Source: Negaprion brevirostris (lineage: Eukaryota). Taken from it: a DNA stretch of 64,000 bases. The stretch spans positions 13,788,129 to 13,852,128 of the forward strand of contig JARDVH010000130.1 of NCBI GenBank assembly GCA_030324005.1. Direction: 5' to 3'. The translations under genes were made by a program, and so were the position numbers. The notes beneath the pieces were generated by a model that had not been told where the DNA came from, made no database searches, and worked only from the letters and a program-made list of their open reading frames with translations. Positions 51,705 through 63,604 of the stretch are shown here, piece by piece (within the stretch, counting starts at the first letter, position 1; the number at the start of each line of letters is the position of its first letter).

Positions 51705-54700
51705 AGTGCAAGTAGTGGCAGGGGAATGGGAACCAATGCAGGAAGTCAGAGGGAAGTAAGGTGGGGACAGAAACAAAACGCAGTAAGGAGAAAAGTGGAA
51801 GGCATAGAAACCAATGGCAAAAATCAAAAAGATCTACAATACAGAACACAGAGACTGTGGAGAATTCAGCGAATGGGTCCAACAAGGTGAAGAGAAATAA
51901 ATCACAGGGAGAGTGTGCAAAAGATGACAGGACAGATGGTCTAAGCTGCATTAAAGCAAGGAGCATGACAGGTAAGGTGGTTAAACTTAATTACTACATG
52001 GAACTATAATGTTGTGGTAGTTACGGAGACTTGGATGAAAGAGGAGCAGGACATGCAGCTTAGCATTCCAGGATTTAGATCTTTCAGGCAAGATCGAGGT
52101 GAGAATAGAAATGGGGGTGTTGCTTCACTGATAATGTCACAGAGAAACAGAGGGAGGACATCTTGGTGGAATCATGCAGTGAGCCCATATGGGTAGAACT
52201 CAGGAACAGAGATGGTGCAGTCACACTGTTGGGGTTGTACTACAGTTCCCCCAACAGCCAGTGTGAAGTGGAGGAACTGATATATCAGCAAAGATGTAAA
52301 AACAACAGGGTTGTTTGTGATGGACAATTTTATCTTCCCCAATATAGACTGGGATTCCTTTACTGCCAAGGGCTTGGATGGGGCAGAGTTTGTTCAGTGT
52401 ATGCAAGAGTTCTTCTTGAGGCAATATTTAGATAGTCCAACTCGGGAAGGGACTATCTTAGACCTGGTTCTGGGAAACGAGCCTGGACAGGTGATTGATG
52501 TCTCAGTGGGGACCATTTTGGGAACAGTGATTACAATTTTATAAGTTTCATGATTCTTGTAGAAAAGGATAGAAGTAGTCCCAGAGTGAAAATACTAACC
52601 TGGGGGAAGGCTAACTATGACAGTATTAGACATGAGCTAGCAAATGTAGACTGGGGGGCAGATGTTTGAGGGTAAATCCACATCCGATATATGGGAGTCT
52701 TTTAAAAGTGAGTTGTTAACAATTCAGGACAAGTATGTCCCTGTAAAAAGGAAGGATACTGAGGGCAAGATTCTGGAACCCTGGATGGCAAGAGAGATTG
52801 TGAGCTAAGTGAAAAAGAAGGAGGAGGCATATATAAATTTCAGGAAATTGAAAACAGATAAGGCTCTTGAAGAATACAAAGATAGCAGGAAAGAGCTTAA
52901 ATAGAGACTTAGGAGGGCAAAAAGGGGCCATGAAATGTCCTTGGCAGGCAAGATTAAGGGGAATCCCAAGGTTTTCTTATGCATATATAAGGAGGAAGAG
53001 GGTAGCTAAGGAAAGGGTAGGTCCACTCAAGGACAGTGGAGCTAGGTGAGGTGGATGAGGTCCTTAATGAGTGCTTTGCATCAGTATTCACAAAGAAGGA
53101 TGTGGTGGGTGATGAGTGTAGAAAGGAGGATGTTGACATTCTAGGACATGTTGAGATAAAAAGGAAGGAGATATTGGAGGTTTTGAAAAACATTAAGGTG
53201 GACAAGTCCCCACAGCCAGAAAGTGTCTATCCCAAAATACTGAGAGAGATGAGGGGAGAAAATTGCTGAGGCCTTGACCAAAGTCTTTTGCATCCACTTT
53301 AGTCACAGTGGAGGTACCGGGGGATTGGAGAATAGGTAACATTGTTCCTCTGTTTAAGAAGGGCAGAAGAGACAATCTGGGAAATTACAGGCCTGTGAGC
53401 CTTACATCATTGGTGGGGAAATTATTGGAGAAGATTCTTATGGAGAGGATGTACTCACATTTAGACGAGAATAGGCTCATTAGCGACAGGCAGCATGGTT
53501 TTGCGATGGGGCGGTCATGTCTCACAAACTTGATCGAGTTTGTTGAAGAAGTGACAAGAAACATTGATCAGGGCAGGGCAGTGGATGCTGCATACATGGA
53601 CTTTAATAAAGTCTTTGATAAGGTTCTTCATGGCAGGCTGATACAGAAGGTGAAGTAATATGGGATCTGAAGTGAGCTGGTAAGATAAATACAAAACTGG
53701 CTCAGACATAGAAAGCAGAGGGTCGCAGTGGAAGGGTGCTTTTCTAACTGGAGATCTGTGACAAGTGCTCCACAAGGATCAGTGCTGGGTCCTTTGTTGT
53801 TTGTAATATATATAAATGATTTGGAGAAAAATGTAGGTAGTCTGATTAGTAAATTTGCAAATGATACAAAAGTTGGGAGAGCAGCGGATAGTGAGGATGA
53901 TTGTCAGAGGATACAGCAGGATATAAATTGGTTGAAGACCCTGGGCCGAAAGCTAGCAGTTGGAATTTAACCCAGACAAATATGAGGAATTGCAATTTAA
54001 AAGGTTTACTGCAGAAGGAAAGTACACAATAAATGGTAGAGCTCCTAGAAATATAAGCATACAGATGGATCTAGGTGTGCAGATCCACAGTGAGATGGCA
54101 ACTCAGCTGGACAAGGTGGTCAAGATGGTGTATGGCATGCTGGCATTTTTCGGTCAGGGTGTTGAGTATAGGAATTGGAAAATTATGTTGCAGTTGTATA
54201 AAACTTTGGTTAGGCTGTATTTGGCAGTTCTGTACAATTCTGGTTGCCACACTATCAGAGGCATGTTGATGCATTGGAAAGGAAAGAAGAGATTTATCCA
54301 GGACATTGTCTGGTTTGGACTATGAAGAAAGATTGAACAAACTTGGATTGTTTTCATTGCAGCATCGGGGGATGAGGGGGAACTGATATAGGTTCACAAG
54401 ATTATGACAGGCTTACATTCAGTGGATCGTCAGATTCCTTTTCCCAGGGTCAAAGGGACACTTACTCAGGGCATAGGTTAAGAGTGAGGGGGGGAAAGTT
54501 TAAGAGAGATGTAAGGGCGAGTTTTTCCACACAGAGTGGTGAATGCCTGGAATGCACTGCTGGAGGTGGTGGTGCAAGCAGATTCGACAACAACGTTCAA
54601 GAGGCATCTGGATAGATACCCAAACAGGCAGGGAATAGAAGGCCATACAGAGGCAAGAAGATATCAGGTGAGAGAGACATGTGTCAGTATAAACTTGGTG

Positions 54701-54741
54701 GGCTGAAGGGCCTGTCTGTTCCTGTGCTGTGCTGTTCTTTG
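51705..54741 (+). mobile_element. Near full-length ORF2 of a CR1/HER1 LINE, pseudogenised
   Basis: APE endonuclease (VVTETW, IWVEL, FPNIDW, PTREGTILDLVL) and RT ([64 protein letters not shown]); many stops and frameshifts; 3' tail gggctgaagggcctg..ctgtgctgt. Confidence 0.95.
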
Positions 54742-54865
54742 TAAATCAAAATATATACAGAGAGGGGACCACATTACAACTCAATTACCAATGATGGAGC
54801 AAATGACAGTTAGCAGTTTTTGGTACACTTGCCCAAGGGAAACCACAAAAATCCAACATTAGATT

Positions 54866-55338
54866 TCATAAAATCAGAGAATCCCAGCACAGTGCAAATG
54901 GAGGCCATTTAGACCATCGGGTCTGCACCAAACCTCCAACAGGTAACTCACCCAGACCTTGATCCCCGTAACCCCATGTATTTATCCCACTTATCCACCT
55001 AATTTACACATCTTGCAACACTAAGCAGCAATTTAAATATAATCAATCCACCTAACCTGTACATCTTTGGATTACGAGAGGAAACTTGGAGGAAACCCCC
55101 ACAGACATGAGGAGAATGTGCAAACTTCACACATCGCCACCCAAAGCTTAGCTATAACCTAGCTACACTCTGCACTTGCTCATTTCCTTCTCTATGAACA
55201 GTATGCTTTGTCTGGACAGCATGCAAGAAACAATACTTTTCACTGTATGCCATACATGTGACAATAATAAATCAAGTCAAACCCAGATCCCTGGTGCAGT
55301 GTGGCAACAGTGCTAACCACTGTACCATCAGGCTGCCC
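54866..55338 (-). mobile_element. HE1-like V-SINE interrupted by a Rex1 tail (55150-55280, plus strand)
   Basis: The SINE body resumes at acccagatccctggtgc after ..atacatgtgacaataataaatcaagtcaa. Confidence 0.85.
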
Positions 55339-55689
55339 CAATTTGTTGTCCAACTTAATTCTATATATGTTTTAATGGGGTGCACACATAAGTAGCTCAG
55401 ATAGGCTTTTTTTTATAGCCAGGTACCTAATGTCACCTTTGTTTCCTAATATGCTAAGGTTGCAAGGTTTAAAACATTAGATTCTCACTGGACTCAACAC
55501 ACTTGCCCTAGGGACAGGAGAACAGACTTTTCAAAAATGTTTCAGTCCTTAATTTCCACTGTCTTAAAACAAAATCAATGGCTTTACGTTCAAACATAAA
55601 CAAATGTGTTTGTGAATCCGGCAACTCAGGAGTTAACAAATGGAAATTCCTCCTGTTCGTTGCCAACCAGTGTGTGATCATCTGCACAC

Positions 55690-57200
55690 ATCGCACTTGG
55701 GCAATTGAATAGCGAGGAGGCGTAGAAACCTCCCCGTCACTTTAAACGGAGTGGCACTAATCCTTCCAGTTCCCCGAGACATGAGGCGAGTCCCAAACAG
55801 TCTTACTATGTGGCTGAGCACAGGCACAGCTGCGGTAAAGTTAACATTGCCCCCACTCCCCCTGTAATCTCACACATACTTTTCGCGTGTCAACTTCGCC
55901 ACAACTTAGCTGGGGACCTTTAACCGCATTAAACAATCGTCCCAAATAAATAAGCGTGCGACCCCAGGCAAATACACATGGCGTGAACGGAGCCCAGCCG
56001 CTTGCTTAGAGTTAACTTGACTTTCCCCAAGTCCCTTCCAGTGTGTGGGCTCTGGGTGTGAAAGTGAATGGCAAATAGCACTTCATATTCAGCCTGCCGG
56101 AGCCCCTGTTTCTCGCCTGTTATTAGAAAGAGAGAGGGAGGGGAGTGTAGAATGTACATTACCTGCCTGAGATGGTGATCTCCACCTTGGTGGCCGGTAT
56201 GTTGGCGTGGAGAGGATCGAAATCTCCTATGGACGCCATATTCCTGAAGCTTTTATAGTTATTTTTGTTAACGCCGCGTCTCCCCCACCGGCCCGGAGCC
56301 CTGAAGCAACTGAAGCTGGCTCCACTCTCCGGCTCGCCTCAGTGTGTGCACCAGTGATGTCACTCCATAACAAACAGCAGAAAGGGCTGGGATAGAGAGA
56401 GAGAGAGAGAGAGATGGATGGAGGGAGGGATAGAGGGAGGAGGGGAACGGCAGCACTGAGCTGTATCTGCACCAAGAAAAAATCCCAACTAACCCAGCTG
56501 ACAGAGGAGGAGCGCAGGCATTTTTACAAAGTGGCAGAGGAGCGNNNNNNNNNNNNNNNNNNNNNNNNNNNNNNNNNNNNNNNNNNNNNNNNNNNNNNNN
56601 NNNNNNNNNNNNNNNNNNNNNNNNNNNNNNNNNNNNNNNNNNNNNNNNNNNNNNNNNNNNNNNNNNNNNNNNNNNNNNNNNNNNNNNNNNNNNNNNNNNN
56701 NNNNNNNNNNNNNNNNNNNNNNNNNNNNNNNNNNNNNNNNNNNNNNNNNNNNNNNNNNNNNNNNNNNNNNNNNNNNNNNNNNNNNNNNNNNNNNNNNNNN
56801 NNNNNNNNNNNNNNNNNNNNNNNNNNNNNNNNNNNNNNNNNNNNNNNNNNNNNNNNNNNNNNNNNNNNNNNNNNNNNNNNNNNNNNNNNNNNNNNNNNNN
56901 NNNNNNNNNNNNNNNNNNNNNNNNNNNAGTTAGGGTTTTTTTGGTTGAAAGAATGAATACATTTCCGGTTGCTGGCTTTGGGCGATTCCAGTTGCTCACA
57001 CAAGGAAATACCTCGTTCATTCAGGCGTCCCTGACAGCAGAGATGTGGGACAGCCGCGATTACTCCCAGATAAGCAGCAACAAACAAGAATGTTAATTCC
57101 CACCCACCCAAACAAACACATCCCACGCCGCTCTTTGTCGGTGCTCGTTATTCCACCTAACAAAATCTTCCGAATTTCCTCGACAATCTGAAATGAAATT
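55690..57200 (-). promoter_or_regulatory. CpG-island-like promoter / 5' UTR of the copine gene
   Basis: CpG density rises sharply around exon 1. GA microsatellite at ~56392-56413, CRE-like AGTGATGTCACT at 56353-56364, ETS motif ACCGGAAAT (minus strand) at 56961-56969. 56545-56928 is N-masked, so the TSS cannot be placed. Confidence 0.75.
56163..56239 (-). CDS. Copine (CPNE5/8/9 group, most similar to CPNE5), first coding exon, start of C2A domain
   Basis: Minus strand reads ATG GCG TCC ATA GGA GAT TTC GAT CCT CTC CAC GCC AAC ATA CCG GCC ACC AAG GTG GAG ATC ACC ATC TCA GGC AG|gtaatg = MASIGDFDPLHANIPATKVEITISG(R). Compare human CPNE5 MASLSEFDSLAGSIPATKVEITVSCR. The phase-2 GT donor splits the Arg codon, as in copine exon 1. 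An in-frame TGA upstream makes this the first ATG. The paralogue cannot be fixed from 26 residues. Confidence 0.92.
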
Positions 57201-58134
57201 AAAACTGAAAAGAGGCTGGAAATACTCAGCCTGCCTGGCAGCCTCTGTAGGGAGAGGGAGAGAGAGTTAATATTTCAGGTCAATGGCCAGAAAAACTCTC
57301 ATTAATCTCATAGCCAGTTCCACTTTCAAACGACGAAAACTGGGTCTGGTTGGCGTTATGAAACGATAGTTTTGGCCACTATCCCATCTGAATTGCAAGG
57401 TCGATTTGCAACGAATTTGGAGGCTGAGATTGCGTGCACCTTGCGAATCTGGCGTTATTTCTGGGACAGTGTTGGCACCAGGTGAGCTGATAGGACGCCC
57501 AACAAGACATCTACCTGTTTAAAAGGATTTTGGACAAACAGCTGGATTTTATTTTGTCTTTTTTACTCAAATGTAAATAGCAGAAACTACAACAATAAAG
57601 AAAACTAACTGCGTAAAGAGGGAATAAGTGGTCGACAATTTAGGCAGAAAGTACCATTTTCAAAAACAGCTTCTTCCCCGCTTTGCACTCTGAGCTTGGG
57701 GCGAACAGGATTGACATGGCGTGGGAGCGATCATTTACAAATATCTCTTTACTCGCTGTGCTTTTTTCTATCTGCTTGCGCGAAAATTAAAGGAAAATGT
57801 TTTGNNNNNNNNNNNNNNNNNNNNNNNNNNNNNNNNNNNNNNNNNNNNNNNNNNNNNNNNNNNNNNNNNNNNNNNNNNNNNNNNNNNNNNNNNNNNNNNN
57901 NNNNNNNNNNTCATTGGTTATCTGGGGAACAAGGACTGTCCTCAGGTATAATTGGACGGACCGTTGACAGAACCTCAATGAAGTATAATCGCACCGCCTG
58001 ATGTCCATGACACATACATGTCTTGAAGTTTGAAAACAAACTTCGGAACTATTGGCAGCAGTTCCTGAGCTTTACCGATTCACTTTCATTGTTGGTGTGA
58101 GATTGTGCAGTGCTCCCAGATTTACACTTCACAG

Positions 58135-58720
58135 GATCGCCACAGTGCAGAAGTTGGCTTTTCGGCCCATCGGCTGTGCCCCGACTCTCTCTGACAGAGT
58201 ACCTTGCTACCCAGGCCCTTTCCTCCAACCCCACTCTGTGTATCCATTTAACCTACACATCTTGGGCCACTGGAGGGTAATTTGGTGTAACCAATCCACC
58301 TAAAGGCACATTAATGTCTTACAGCACCAGGGATCCAGGTTCAATTCCTGGCTTGGCTCACTGTCTGTGCAGAGTCTGGACATTCTCCCCATGTCTACGT
58401 GGGTTTCCTCCATGTGCTCTGGTTTCTTCCCACAGTCTGAAAGGTGTGCTAGTTAGGTGCATTGACCATGCTAAATTCTCCCTCAGTGTATGTGAACATG
58501 CTCCAGAGTTGGCAATTAGGGGATTTTCACAGTAACTGCAAGCCTACTTATGACAATAATAAATAGAAGCTTAACTTGCACATCTTTGGAGTTGGCCTTA
58601 AATTGAGCCTAGTGTTAGGGGGTTAGTAAGGTAATTAAGGAGTGTTATGGAGATAGGGCCTGGTGGGATTGTGGTCAGTGCAGACTCGATGGGCCAAATG
58701 GCCTCCTTCTGCGTTATAGG
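58135..58720. mobile_element. Cluster of nested V-SINE pieces (minus 58135-58300; plus, Rex1-tail type, 58305-58570; plus, CR1-type tail, 58590-58720)
   Basis: Recognisable head, V-domain and both tail types. Confidence 0.8.
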
Positions 58721-59648
58721 GATTTGATTTGATTTATTACTGTCACATGTATTAGTATACAGTGAAAGGTATCGTTTCTTGCGTGCTTTACAGACAAAGC
58801 ATATCGTTCATAGAGAAGGAAGTGAGGGAGTGCAGAATGTAGTGCTATAGACATAGCTAGGGTGTAGCGAAAGATCAACTTAATGCAATGTAGGTCCATT
58901 CAAAAGTCTGATGGCAGCAGGGAAGAAGCTGTTTTGAGTCAGTTGGTATGTGACCTTAGATTTTTGAATCTTTTTCCTGACAGAAGAAAGCAGAAGGGAG
59001 AATGTCCAGGGTGTGGGGTCCTTAGTTATGCTGGCTGCTTTGCTGTGGCAGTGGGCAGTGTAAACAGAGTCAATGGATGGGAGGCTGATCTGCGTGATGG
59101 ATCATTCATGATCTTTTGTAGTTTTTGCAATCTTGGGCAGAGCAGGAGTCATACCAAGCTGTGATACAGCCAGAAAGAATGATTTCTATGGTGCATCTGT
59201 AAAAGTTAGTGAGAGTTGTAGCTGACATGCCAAATGTCCTTAGTCTTCTGAGAAAGTAGAGGCATTGGTGGGCTTTCTTAATTATGGTGTTGGCATGGGG
59301 GGACCAGGACAGATTGTTCGTAATCTGGACACCTAAAAACTTGAAGGTCTCAACCCTTTCTACTTCATCCCCATTGATGTAGACAGGGGCATGTTCTCCT
59401 TTATGCTTCCTAAGTCAATGACAATTTCCTTTGTTTTGTTGACTTCGAGGGAGACATTATTGTCACCGCACCTGTTTACCAGATTCTCTATCTCATTCCT
59501 GTACTTTATCTCACCATTGTTTGCAATCTGACCCACTACAGTGGTGTCGNNNNNNNNNNAAATCGAGTTGGAGGGGAAATTGGCCACACAGTCATAGGTG
59601 TATAAGGAGTATAGTAAGGGGCTGAGAACACAGCCTTGTGAGGCACCA
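58720..59648 (-). mobile_element. 5'-truncated Rex1/Babar LINE (RT to tail)
   Basis: GASQGCVLSPLLYSLYTYDC, DTTVVGQIANNGEIKYRNEIENLV..NKTKEIVID; (AAATC)n tail. Confidence 0.92.
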
Positions 59649-60088
59649 GATTCTATAATATGAATTCTATGATATAGTGGGGACTAAGTTAATCATGTGC
59701 TGCTTTAAATAAAGTATTTATAAAATGTGACTGTGCATTTATTATTGCACTGAACCCCCCTCTGGATTTCTATTCCAAAGTAAAGCAGACAATGCTGTAT
59801 TGATCAACTGGTCTTATGCATCATCTATAACAACGATGTATTAAGTTAGTGTACTAATTTCCTTATTTTTATTGCGCAACACATTATCCAAGGGCAGTTC
59901 GACTTAAATAGATTTGATTACATATCTTGGCCCCAATGTTGGTAATCGCAAGGATGTTCAACTTGCTTATCCACATGATTTCAATACCAGAGTTCTTCAG
60001 AATACCTCCGTGGGCTCAACCACAGATTGGACATGTCTGTTACCACGTATTGTGAAAATAATTTATCTGACTANNNNNNNNNNNNNNN

Positions 60089-60328
60089 GGGTATCACTGG
60101 CTGGGCCAGCATTTGCTGTGGGTTATATGTAGGCAAGACTGGGCAAGAATAGAACATTTCCTTCCCTCAAGGAAGTTAGTGAACCAGATGGGTCTTCACG
60201 ACAATCGACAATGGTTGTTTGGTCATCGTTAGTCTTTTAATTCCAGATTTTTATTGAATTCAAATTTCACAATCTGCCATGTGCCATTTGAAATTGGGTC
60301 CCCAGAATCCTAGTAATCCAGATCCCTG
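60089..60328 (-). repeat. Inverted copy of the SINE at 60834-61074
   Basis: 240 bp; about 17 differences counted by eye; same apparent internal deletion junction. Confidence 0.92.
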
Positions 60329-60804
60329 AAAATGAACAAGTTCCATTGTTTACACTGAAAAGTGACTGTGGCTCTTCAAATCCAGCCAAGGTGCATTTTT
60401 TAATTCACTGCATGTAGCATAATGGTACAACATTTAGCAGAGTTTTGCTTTTTCAAGTTACTGGGATGCTCTGCCCCAAAGGCAACTGCTAGACTCAATG
60501 TCTGTTCATGTTTCAAATACTCAATTACAAACTGCATTTCTAATCAGTTCCCTCAATACTCATTATAGGTGACACAAAAAAAATTATTGCACAACTGCCC
60601 ATTTCTATGACCACAGGACATCTCAAAGCACTTTACAGCCAATGAAATACTCTATTTGAGGTTAATGTGGAAATTCTCACAGTAACACTTATGAACAACA
60701 ATGTGATAATGACCAGAAAAATCAATCCTTGTGATGTTGATTGAGGGACAAATATTGGCCAGCATACCAGTGATAACTCACCTGCACTTCTTCAAGGCAA
60801 TGGA

Positions 60805-61080
60805 ATTACCACTGGATTAGCAATCCAGGGACCCAGGAATTTGGATTGCCAGGGTTCTGGGGACCCAAATTCAAATCGCACCATGGCAGATTGTGAAATT
60901 TGAATTCAATAAAAATCTGGAATTAAAAGACTAGCGATGACCATACAACCATTGTCGATTGTCGTAAAGACCCATCTGGTTCACTAATTTCCTTGAGGGA
61001 AGGAAATGTTCTATCCTTGCCTGGTCTTGCCTATATATAACCCACAGCAAATGCTGGCCCAGCCAGTGACACCCACATTA
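60805..61080 (+). mobile_element. SINE with L2-type tail, nested in a Deu-domain SINE
   Basis: gaaatttgaattcaataaaaatctgg..cccatctggttcactaat..; tail aaatgctggcccagccagtgacacccacat, shared with the LINE end at ~32375-32405. Confidence 0.75.
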
Positions 61081-61174
61081 CTTAAATATCAATAAATGTA
61101 AAAAAAAATCTGTAACTTCTCATCCGAAAAAGGCTTCTCTGAGAGTGTAGCATTCCCTCCATGCTGCTAGAGAG

Positions 61175-63090
61175 ATAAAGTACTGAGGATGCTGGAAATC
61201 TGAAATAAAAAACAAAAAAAGCTCAAAATACTCAGCAGGTCAGAACTGACATGCACAGTCATCTCAACCTGAAACATTAACTCTGTTTCTCTCCACAGGA
61301 GCTGCCTAACTCGCCATGTATTTGCAGTACTTTTGTTTTGATGTCCTCCATGATGGACAGGTGCATCAGTTGGGAATTTTGTGCTCAAATACTGGAGGGG
61401 GACTTACAGCCCCCACATTCACGGCATATCAATTCAATATTCCTCTCAGTTTACAGCACAAGTTTGTTCAATTCAATACAAGTCCGCACACACACACACA
61501 CATGCACAGACGTACATACATGAACTCAGATATTGTGAGCAGTGGTGAAGTAATGGCAGTCACGACAGATGCCAAAACAACTGCCCACAAAAATTTAATG
61601 ATCCCTGTTGTGGAAGTTTGCCTTTCCTGCTGCACTTTAAACCTGGGGTCAAGTCAAGGAGATGTTCTGGCATGCAGCAGTGGTAATGTCAACACACAGA
61701 TAAGCAGTCAATCTAATCAAAATATTCACAAAGTAGCAAGTTAAATGCAAATAGTAGCAAGTTAAAAGCAAATAGTCATCTGGCGGTACAGAATTTTAGC
61801 ATTGCTGAAAAATGAGACATCAAAACTTTTCATCTTGCACTCATCATGACACTTCATAAGCATATTAATATAATGGGAAAACAACAATGTATACTGCATA
61901 AGAAGAGAGTGCTGATTGGTTTGCAAGTGGATTCTGATTGATAGAATTGTCGCCATGGAAAATGTACCAGTTGATGATGACTGACAGTTAACAGCCGAGC
62001 ATTGTTTGAAACTTATACCACACAACTTGACCCTGATTGGTCAAAGCATTGCCCTGAGGAATGAGTCACTGAATGTCTGCCACTTATTTCATTTAGCTGA
62101 AACAGACACAATGAGCATGAACACTTTCACCATGATTATCACAATAAAACGCAAGAATTAAACTATAGGTGTTATTAATGCTTATGTTTTACTGCTTGTT
62201 TCCAATCAGTCTTTTTTGCTTATTTGTGTTAGTCTCTGCTTATTGTTGGGCATAAATGTTACTGTTTGGATGTTATTTCTTTTTTGACTGTCATTTCCAA
62301 TTTCATTCCTCTGTGATTCCTAATTTTATCTTTGGGGTGTGACTCAGTTTGTAATTTCTGGGTGCAATTACACGAGTCCTGACTGAGTATAAATCCCTTA
62401 ATTCTACTTGGATATTGTTTATTTTTCTTTATGTGTTGGCATTGTTCTGGTCTAGGTTCTATTGCTACTTTTCTGTTTCCCTGAAAACGTGTATATTGTT
62501 ATGCTTTTTCTGCGTGGAACAATACATCCATTGATCCTGAAACTGTTCGGAACCTACCTGTAATTGACGCAAAATACTGCAGATGCTGGAACCTGAAGCA
62601 AAAAAAAGAAAATGCTAGAGATACTCAGCAGGTCTGACTGTATCTATGGAGAGATTTACACCCCATAGTGTAAATCTTGTCCAATTTTTCGTCTCTTCAG
62701 CTCTGACAAAGGGTAATCCAGACTCGAAGCATTAAGTTTAAAGTTTATTTATTAATGTCACAAGCAGGATTACATTAACACTGCAATGAAGTTAAAATCA
62801 CCTGGCCACCACATTCTGGTGCATGTTCGGGTACACTGAGGGAGAATTTAGCATGGCCAATCCTCCTAACCAGCAGAGTATCCAGAGGAAAGCCATGTAG
62901 TCACAGGGATAACGTGCAAGCATGCAAATAGTGACCCAAGGTGAGAATCAAACCCGAGTCCCAGTTGCTGTGAGGCAGTTGTGCTAACCACTGTGACACC
63001 GTGCCACCCAAATGAAACATTGGCTGTATTCTTTCTCCACAGATGCTGTCACCTGCTGCATTTCTTCAGCATTTTCTTGTTTTTTTGTTT
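61175..63090. mobile_element. Two fold-back Penelope-type LTR elements (61175-61340; 62570-63090, the latter split by a V-SINE at 62735-63010)
   Basis: tactg(c/a)(a/g)gatgctggaa..atactcagcaggtc paired with tctctccacag(at)gctg..catttt; degenerate hammerhead CTGACAA..GAAG at ~62703-62730. Half copy at 57185-57285. Confidence 0.6.
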
Positions 63091-63139
63091 CAGGACCCTG
63101 ATATTGTTTTGTTCAATTGTTTTTAACGAGGTTTCACTT

Positions 63140-63600
63140 GCTGTCAGAAAGCAAAACAAGTAAAGGGTAGATGGGAGGTTTTACAATGATCAGTATTGGA
63201 ACCATTGTTGTTCATAGTTTCGAATAACATTTTAGACTTTGGAATTAAAAAAACACCATTTCTAAATTTGGGGACAATACTAAATTGGGGGAAACTGCCA
63301 ACACTGAGGAGGAACTGGGTAAACTGCAAGAAGATAAACTTGAAGAATGGGCATATTATTTACAAATGAACTTCAACGGTATTTTAGTCAGAAAAAAACA
63401 AATCTAAATGGGGTAAAGGAGCAGAGAAATCTAGGAGCCCAAATGCAGAAATCACTAAAAGTCGTGGTGGAGACCAAAAGGCCATAGCAGAAGCAAATTT
63501 AGCACCAGGGTGCATTTCTAGAGTGCTGGACAGAAATGAAGAGAAACCGTGACAAATCTGCAATGACCTCTTGGTTAGGCCACAGTTGAAAGCTGTTCCT
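63140..63600 (+). mobile_element. Very old CR1 RT fragment
   Basis: VLQ*SVLEPLLFIV, SKFGDNTKLG, LVRPQLK. Confidence 0.6.
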
Positions 63601-63604
63601 AGAC

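Larger units (their letters stand above)
1..56162 (-). other. Probable intron 1 of the copine gene, extending beyond the window start
   Basis: GT donor at 56162-56161. By eye, no exon-2-like (NLLDxDxFSKSDP) or later copine exon was found; one could be hidden in an N run. Confidence 0.6.

Noticed and set aside
51705-54741. Active or domesticated reverse transcriptase gene
   Set aside because: Multiple stops and frameshifts, and the catalytic FADD is mutated to FAND.
56268-57126. Long ORFs of 180-250 aa near the promoter, and other X-rich ORFs (34093, 37429, 38406)
   Set aside because: Their length comes from N runs that hide stop codons; the translated parts resemble no protein.
61732-61776. 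21-bp tandem duplication, and small ones at ~7468, ~8605 and ~31085
   Set aside because: Ordinary slippage duplications of two to three units with no further structure.
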